A stretch of 64,000 nt of DNA from Dictyostelium discoideum (lineage: Eukaryota). The notes under the pieces were generated by a model. That model searched no databases. It saw only the letters and a program-made list of their open reading frames with translations, and was not told the DNA's origin. Shown piece after piece: positions 57,056-64,000 of the stretch. How positions within the stretch are numbered: the stretch's first letter is position 1; every line of letters starts with the position of its first letter. Position numbers and translations under genes: made by a program. The stretch spans positions 1,088,001 through 1,152,000 of the forward strand of contig CM000150.2 of assembly GCA_000004695.1 (NCBI GenBank), in the 5' to 3' direction.

Positions 57056-57211
57056 ATGAACAAATTAATAATTTCAATCAACATTTTCGAAATTTCAAAC
57101 CAAAATGATTTACCACTTGGAAATGATGAAAATCAATCTCATATTGTTAATGATACAATTGATGAATTAGAAAGTGCAATTTCTTCAATCATCAATTTTT
57201 ACAATCAATAG
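57056..57211 (+). CDS. Small hypothetical protein (51 aa), paralog of 55814..56065
   Basis: ATG 57056..57058, stop TAG 57209..57211. Below the ORF-track size cutoff. See the previous feature. Confidence 0.3.
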   Translation: MNKLIISINIFEISNQNDLPLGNDENQSHIVNDTIDELESAISSIINFYNQ

Positions 57212-57506
57212 AGATATCCTTAAAAAAAAAAAAAAAAAAAAGAAAACTATTTTTATTATTTTTTTTTTTTTGATCACAATCTCAGACAATAATGGTGCGT
57301 CACACCACATAATAATCCAACATCTCTGGGTACTACAGATAGAGGAACAAAATTCAATGATTACATATCTGATTGCTTCGTTCTAAAACTAAAGAAAATA
57401 ACCAAAGGTTACTTTCATATTTTATTTCATTTCTTAATTTTTAATAAGATAAAAAAATAAATAATAAAATAATAATAATAATAAAATTAAAAATAAAATT
57501 ATTTTT

Positions 57507-58663
57507 TTATTCATAATATTCTAAATTATTGTTTTTTGAAAATTTCATTAATTTTCCATTTATAATAAAAAAGTTTATACTTTGTAGAATTAAATTTCTT
57601 TCGATCTGTTTTAATGTTTCTTCAGTGCAACCAAAACATAATTCTTCAATAGATTTTGGTAAATGGATAAATGTTTTAATTACTTCTATACCAATTGAAT
57701 CACTTAATTCTAAAAATGTTACACCTTCAGGAATAATACCACGATGACGAATATAATTTTTATAATTTTTTAAAATTAGGTGTTTCGTATTTGTGAAAAG
57801 ATAAGGTTTAAGGATAAAATCATTTTTAAATTCTCCTTCATAAATAAACGTTTCTAAACTGTTGTGTGTAATTTTACTAATTTCCAATACTCCAATACCT
57901 TTAATACATATATATTCAACATTACTGAAACAAAAGTCTAAATTAATAATATTATAATTTGGATTATTTAAAATAACAACCTTTTTATTAGCTATATAAT
58001 CGACATTAATAATTCCATTGAAATCATCACCAAATTCAATCATTTTACTATTATTTGGAAATTGTTCACTTGTTATCGTTGTTGAATTATTAATTCTTAA
58101 AATATCATTTTCACCATTTATTCCATTTCGATATTTAATTCGTTTCAATGGTGTTTGTTTTAAAAATTTAAAGTAATTTTCAAAATTATCATAATTTTCC
58201 TTTTTTTTTTATTTTTTTTTAATTATTATTATATTAAATTAGTACATATTTATTAATATTTTAAAGTAGTTTTCAAAATTATTTACATTTAAAAATGGAT
58301 GAATTTCTAATACATCAATATCTAAATATCTACCTATACATTTTTTTATAAAGTTTAAAAAAAGTGGTGATATTTGACTTTTTTCTACATATTCGTAAAT
58401 ATGAGTTAACTTTATAGGTTTTATTTCAAATTGTGTTGGATAAAATAATTCGAATGATATAAAACCCAAGCTATATACATCAAATGTATAATTAACAATT
58501 GATACGTTATTAAGAATACATTCATCAGGTAAATATGTACCATAATGATCTCTTTTTAAATCTCCAATCTTTTGAGACAATCCATAGTCAATAATCTTTA
58601 TATCAAAATTATTATCATCATTAATATTACTATTACTATTATTATTATCATCATTAATATTAC

Positions 58664-58723
<60 letters not shown>

Positions 58724-59336
58724 CATAATTATTGGGTTTTAAAATTATATTATCACATTTTAAATCCATATGAATTAAATTACAATTATTATGAAGAAAT
58801 TTCATAGTTTCTAAACATTTTTTTAAAATTATTGAAATTTGTTTTTCATTTAAAGGAAATTTTTTTTTTTTTAATTCATAAATTGTTTTTCCTTCAATAA
58901 ATTCTAAATAAATATATAATTTATTTTTTCCTTTAATTCCATATCCAAAATAATCAATTATTGAACTTATTTGCATCTCTTTATTTTTATTTTTTATTAA
59001 TTCTAAATTATTCACTTCATTAAATTGAATTTTATCCTTTTATAATTTTTTTTATTTTTTTTTGTTTTATTTTTATTTTTAAAATAATTTTAATATTAGT
59101 AATAATAATAATATTGATAATTTTTAAATAAAAAGATTAAATTTAAATTAAAATAAAAAGTAATTTACATCAAATTTAATTTTTTTAATTGCAATCATTT
59201 TTTTATTTACAATAGTTCCATTAATTATACCATTTTTCTTTTTTGCTTTTGATATTTTAGAAAACCCACCTTTTCTATAATTTTTTTCAATAATTTCCCA
59301 TTCATCCTTATTGAAAGTGTTATCATTTTCAATCAT
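57507..59336 (-). CDS. FNIP-repeat-containing protein kinase (fnk-type), tandem copy 1; 3 exons, ~536 aa
   Basis: Exon 1 is 59336..59169 (ATG; GGFSKISKA...AIKKIKFD subdomains I-II; donor GAT|GTAAAT). Exon 2 is 59036..58287 (acceptor aaaAG; subdomains III-XI with HMDLKCDN, DYG, DVYSLG; ends HPFLN|GTAAAT). Exon 3 is 58199..57507 (acceptor aaaAG; ENYDNFENYFKFLKQ... then FNIP-type repeats). All phases are 0. The same HPFL(N/S)|GT junction occurs in copy 2. Confidence 0.7.
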
Positions 59337-59855
59337 TTTTTATGTGTTGCAGTTAATAATATATATTGATGTTTTTTTTTTTTATTTTTTTTTTTTTATA
59401 TGACCTTTTTTTTTTTTTTTTTATTTTTATTTTATTTTATTTTATTTTTTTTAAAAAAAAGCCCACACGCACTTGTTTTATTTGTAAATAAAAAAAAAAG
59501 AAAAAAAAAATAAAATTAAAAAAGGGGGAAACTAAAAATTAATTTTAAAAAAAGTTTTTTTAAATTATATTATTATTTGCCCAAATGGTGTGGTGAAATT
59601 CTTGAAAATTTATATTTTTTTATTTATTTTATTTACTATAATGAATAATATAATAAATGATCATTTAAAATATACAAAAATAATAAGATATATATCGTAA
59701 AAATTGTTCATGTTATAGTAATTTTTTTTTTTAATAAAAAGTGAATGATTAAAATAAAAAAAAAAAAGTTACTTTTAAATTTATTATTTATTTATTATTA
59801 TTTTATTGTTATTTAAAATTAGAAAGAAAAATAAAAATTTATATTATTAAAATAA

Positions 59856-59905
<50 letters not shown>

Positions 59906-59913
<8 letters not shown>

Positions 59914-61448
59914 CAATATTATCTTTTAAATATGTTTCAGAATTATCAGAATTTTTTAATTCAATTACATGTTGATTAATAATTATAATTGAAATTGAAT
60001 CTGGAATATGTTTTCTTTGAATTTTATCAAATACATCTGGTGGACAAGAAAAAGTTAAATCATTTACAGATGGTGGTAAATTTTTTAAAGTTTCAATTGC
60101 TTCCAAATCTTTTAATTTTCCCCATGCCAAATATTTTACGGTTGGTGGAATTGTATCAATAATAATTGAGTGATTATTAAATGGAATTAATAAATTTTTA
60201 ACATGTGGAATTGATTTTATATTAAGATCAGTTTGTACTTCACCATAGTATTTCAAAGTTTCTAATGTTGGTGGTAAATTTTGAAGTGCATTTCTATTTC
60301 TTCCTAATGACAAATAGCAAAGTGAACCAAAATATGGTAAGGTATGTGTGAAAGCGTTACCTAAAGTCAAAGATTTTAAATCACAATCTAAAAATAAATC
60401 ATCATCCATTTCTTGATTAAAGAAACTATCACCATCTACACCAAAATCAAGAATTTGGACAGTGGATGGTATAGATCCAGGAATTAATCGTTGATTGAAT
60501 GTTTTTTTAAATATTAATTCAACAGTTCCATCTGGAACTATTCCAGGTCCAAATGGTTCTTTATTATCATTATCTTCAAAAGTAAATGTTTTACCCTCAA
60601 TTTTAATTCCTTTCTTCTTTTGGGTTATATCCATCCATCTTTTATGACCTCTTTGAATTAAATAAAGCATATTTCCTTTACTTTTAAATAACTATAAATT
60701 AATAAATTAATATTAAAATTAATGAAAAAAAAATAAAAAAAAAGATTAATCTTTTAAAATATTCGTTAAACATACAGATAAAAATGGATGATCAATCAAA
60801 GTTATTGAATCAAATCTTAAAACTTCTTCTTCAAAAAAACATTTTTGAATAAAATTTTGTAAAAATTTAGAAGCATGTGGTGGAATTTTTGGTATCCAAA
60901 TATTTGGTTTGTTATTATTATTATTAAAACTTGCACCATCAATTTGGATTTCAGTTTCTTCCAATTCCCCACCTAGCATTTTAATTACAAGGCAACCAAA
61001 TATCCAGATATCAGATTTTCTACCACATTGGCCACCCAATTTAATTTCTGGTGGAATATAACCAATACTACCACATTGTGTATAACATTTTGAACCATCG
61101 TTAGATGGTGAAAAACTAAAAGAGAGGCCAAAATCAATTAGTTTCCATTTATTAGATTCTTTATCAAACATGACATTTTCCAATTTTAAATCTCTATGAA
61201 TAACTCCAATTTCATGAATTGATGCTAATGATTTTATTAAATCTTCAATTATTTCACTTAATTCTTTCTCTGGAATCGGATGATTTTTTAAAACATATTC
61301 TTCTAAAGTATATCCATTAATATATTCAATAAATATATATGTAGTATGTTTATTACAACACCAACCATAACATTTTACTATACTATCAATATTTTTCAAT
61401 TTTTCTAAAACTTGACCTTCTTTCCAAACATTTTTATCCTTTTTATTT

Positions 61449-61495
<47 letters not shown>

Positions 61496-61691
61496 TCCAT
61501 TATTTTAAAAAATTAAAATTAAATATAAATAATTATTAAAAATTTACCTTATTTATAATAATTTTTAAAATACAAGTTTTAAAAGAATTTCCATTTAAAA
61601 CAATATTGTTTTTATTATTTACTTTAAAAACATTTGATTTTAATGTCTCTACAATTTCCCAATCTTCTTCTTTATATATATATGAATTCAT
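59906..61691 (-). CDS. FNIP-repeat-containing protein kinase (fnk-type), tandem copy 2; 3 exons, ~530 aa
   Basis: Exon 1 is 61691..61548 (ATG; donor AAG|GTAAAT). Exon 2 is 61438..60776 (HRDLKLENVMF, DFGLS, GSIGYIPPE; ends HPFLS|GTATGT). Exon 3 is 60691..59906 (acceptor tatAG). FNIP repeats FNQRLIPGSIPSTVQIL, FNNHSIIIDTIPPTVKYL, LPPSVNDLTF. Confidence 0.7.
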
Positions 61692-62311
61692 TTTTTTTTA
61701 AAAAAAAACAATTTATATTAATAATTAATCTTTATATTATTATTATTTATAACTATTATTTATTTCTATTATATTTTTAAATTTGAGGTATAATTTATTT
61801 TAATTTATTTTAATTTATTCAATTTTTTTTTTTTTTTTCTTAATTATAATTTTTTTTTTTTTTAAATATTTGTATATTTTTAAGTTGAAATAAATAAGTT
61901 GTTAAGATACTATAATTAGCTAAACACAAATACAACCACAGTGATAAAAAAAGAAAATCAATATTTATTTAATTATTTTTTAATTTTTTTTTTTTTTTCT
62001 AATTTCTATCATTCCATTGGGGGATTGTTATTTTTAGCTGATAAACAAAACTTATTATTATTATCGCACATCAATTATATTTAAAATATTAAAAATATTA
62101 AATTTAAATAATATTTGTGTGATTGTGTGGTGTGTTTCCATTTATTTTTTTTTTTTTTTATTATTTTTTTTTTTTTTCGAATTAAAAAAATAAATAAAAA
62201 AAAAAGAATTATATATTTACGGGTTTAAATCAAATAGAAACTAAATTTTTATTTTTTTATATTTATTTTCTAAAAAGATTTAATATTGATGTACATTAAT
62301 GTAATTATACA

Positions 62312-62350
<39 letters not shown>

Positions 62351-62367
62351 TAAAATAATAATTAAAT

Positions 62368-62689
62368 TTAATTACAACCACATGAATAACTTCTGGTTGC
62401 ACTGAGATTGATATCAATATCAATGTTTACATTGACATCGACAATTGCAAGTAAACCAGCACCTGGATAACCATAACTACCACCACCACATGAACCACAT
62501 GCAATTGAATTTGAACCCATTGATAAACCAGAAGCATTCTTTGATGATACACTTGATTTAGATGAAGTGTTCATTGGTTTTGAAATTGAGGTTAAGGCAG
62601 CTAAAAAAAAAAAAAAAAAATTGATTAATATTAAATTAAAATAAAATATATAATAATTTTCATAAACAGTATTTACATAATAAAGACAT
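62368..62689 (-). CDS. HssA/B-like (hssA/2C/7E family) small Gly/Ser/Cys-rich protein, tandem copy 1; 2 exons
   Basis: Exon 1 is 62689..62677 (ATG TCT TTA TTA T|GTAAAT). A 75-nt intron. Exon 2 is 62600..62368 (acceptor ttttAG). Protein [81 protein letters not shown]. The 13-nt first exon, G/S/C composition and terminal CGCN are family hallmarks. Confidence 0.65.
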
Positions 62690-62780
62690 TGTAAATTGTT
62701 AGATGAATGATTTTTAAATTGATTGATTAAAAAAAAAAATAAAAAAGCTATTTATAATTTTTTTTTTTAATTAAAAAATT

Positions 62781-62819
<39 letters not shown>

Positions 62820-62974
62820 TTTTTTTTTTTACCTAAAGATAATTCATTTAAATCTTTTAAATCTATAATTTCGAATTATGCAATTTAACTTTTAAAAAGA
62901 TAATTATATAGATTTAATAGATAAATTGTAAAAAAAAAGGTTAATTAAAAAATGATTTTGATATTATTTTCTTT

Positions 62975-63053
<79 letters not shown>

Positions 63054-63177
63054 AAAAAAAGATGAGTTTCAAAAGAAATAAAGAAAATTTTAATTTAAAA
63101 TAATTTAAAGAATTTTTTATTTTTTATTTTAATATTTTTACAACAATTGTAATTTTTTATGATTTTAAAATTATAAA

Positions 63178-63407
63178 TTAATTACAACCACATGAATAAC
63201 TTCTGGTTGCACTGAGATTGATATCAATATCAATGTTTACATTGAGATCAACAATTGCGAGTAAACCAGCACCTGGATAACCATAACTACCACCACATGA
63301 ACCACATGCAATTGAATTTGAACCCATTGATAAACCAGAGACATTCTTTGATGATACACTTGATTTAGATGAAGTGTTCATTGGTTTTGAAATTGAGGTC
63401 AAGGCAG

Positions 63408-63452
<45 letters not shown>

Positions 63453-63529
63453 GTTTAATAATTTAAAATTTTTATATTAATTAAACTTTTTTTTTTTAAA
63501 AAAAAAGAATATTTACATAATAACGACAT
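63178..63529 (-). CDS. HssA/B-like small protein, tandem copy 2; 2 exons
   Basis: Exon 1 is 63529..63517 (ATG TCG TTA TTA T|GTAAAT). Exon 2 is 63407..63178. About 95% identical to copy 1, with a one-Gly difference in the GGG run. The listed 'M' of ORF 63178..63402 is TTG. Confidence 0.65.
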
Positions 63530-64000
63530 TGTTGGAATAAGTTTTTTTGATTTTGAAATGAATGATATAAAAAAAAAAAAAAAAAAATTATTTATACTTT
63601 TTTTTTTTTTTTAAATTAATTAAATAGTAATAAAAAAAAAAAAAGAAATTTTTATTTAATTACATTAACGAATTTAATTAAATTTAATTCTATGTAGAAT
63701 CTGATAAATCTTGATCAGATTTCTTATGTATTTATTCATTTTTTTTTTTTTTTGTGTTTTTTTTTTTTTGTGTTTTTTTTTTTTTTTTTTTTTTTTAAAA
63801 ATAAAATAATGCATGCAGGTAGTATTTTTTTTTTTTTACAAATAAATTAATATATTAACAAATACTATTTTTTGAAAATCAATAAAGTTTGGTTTTAACT
63901 TTTTTTAGGTTGTTATAAATTATTTTTATTTTTTTTTTTGTGGATTATTATAAAAAAAAAAAAACTTATTTATTTTATTCGATCAGTGGTTTGAAATAAA

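Overview
The window is AT-rich (~75-80%) eukaryotic nuclear DNA with the hallmarks of a Dictyostelium-type social-amoeba genome. These are long (AAT)n/(A)n/(T)n tracts, poly-Asn/Gln/Thr coding runs, and short AT-rich introns with GTAAGT/GTATGT donors and (T)nAG acceptors. The ORF track was evidently computed with alternative start codons: several listed 'M' residues are TTG or GTG, not ATG. It also cannot see spliced genes or a UGA-Sec codon. Reading both strands, I support about 25 protein-coding genes. Window-truncated and 5'-region genes: a partial PH-domain/CAAX protein, a tandemly duplicated GT1 glycosyltransferase + GPI-protein unit (second copy decayed) and a makorin-type RING/CCCH protein. 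Central genes: a 5-exon class I PI3-kinase, a SET+MYND protein, two EGF-like type I membrane paralogs flanking two F-box-like paralogs, a 2-exon FAN1 nuclease, GLE1, and a Cup-like ricin-B lectin gene split into two ORFs next to a Harbinger-like transposase relic. 3'-region genes: a 3-exon Na/K-type P-type ATPase, a 3-exon unknown poly-Asn protein, a 2-exon Sep15 selenoprotein with in-frame TGA and a downstream SECIS element (not in the ORF track), TMEM144, two tandem FNIP-repeat kinase genes and two tandem HssA/B-like small genes. I found no rRNA, tRNA or CRISPR. The points I would look at first are the hidden selenoprotein with its SECIS, the repeat-flanked lectin/transposase island with a 19-bp tandem duplication at an ORF break, the decaying tandem duplications, and several frame conflicts that suggest recent pseudogenisation or assembly errors.
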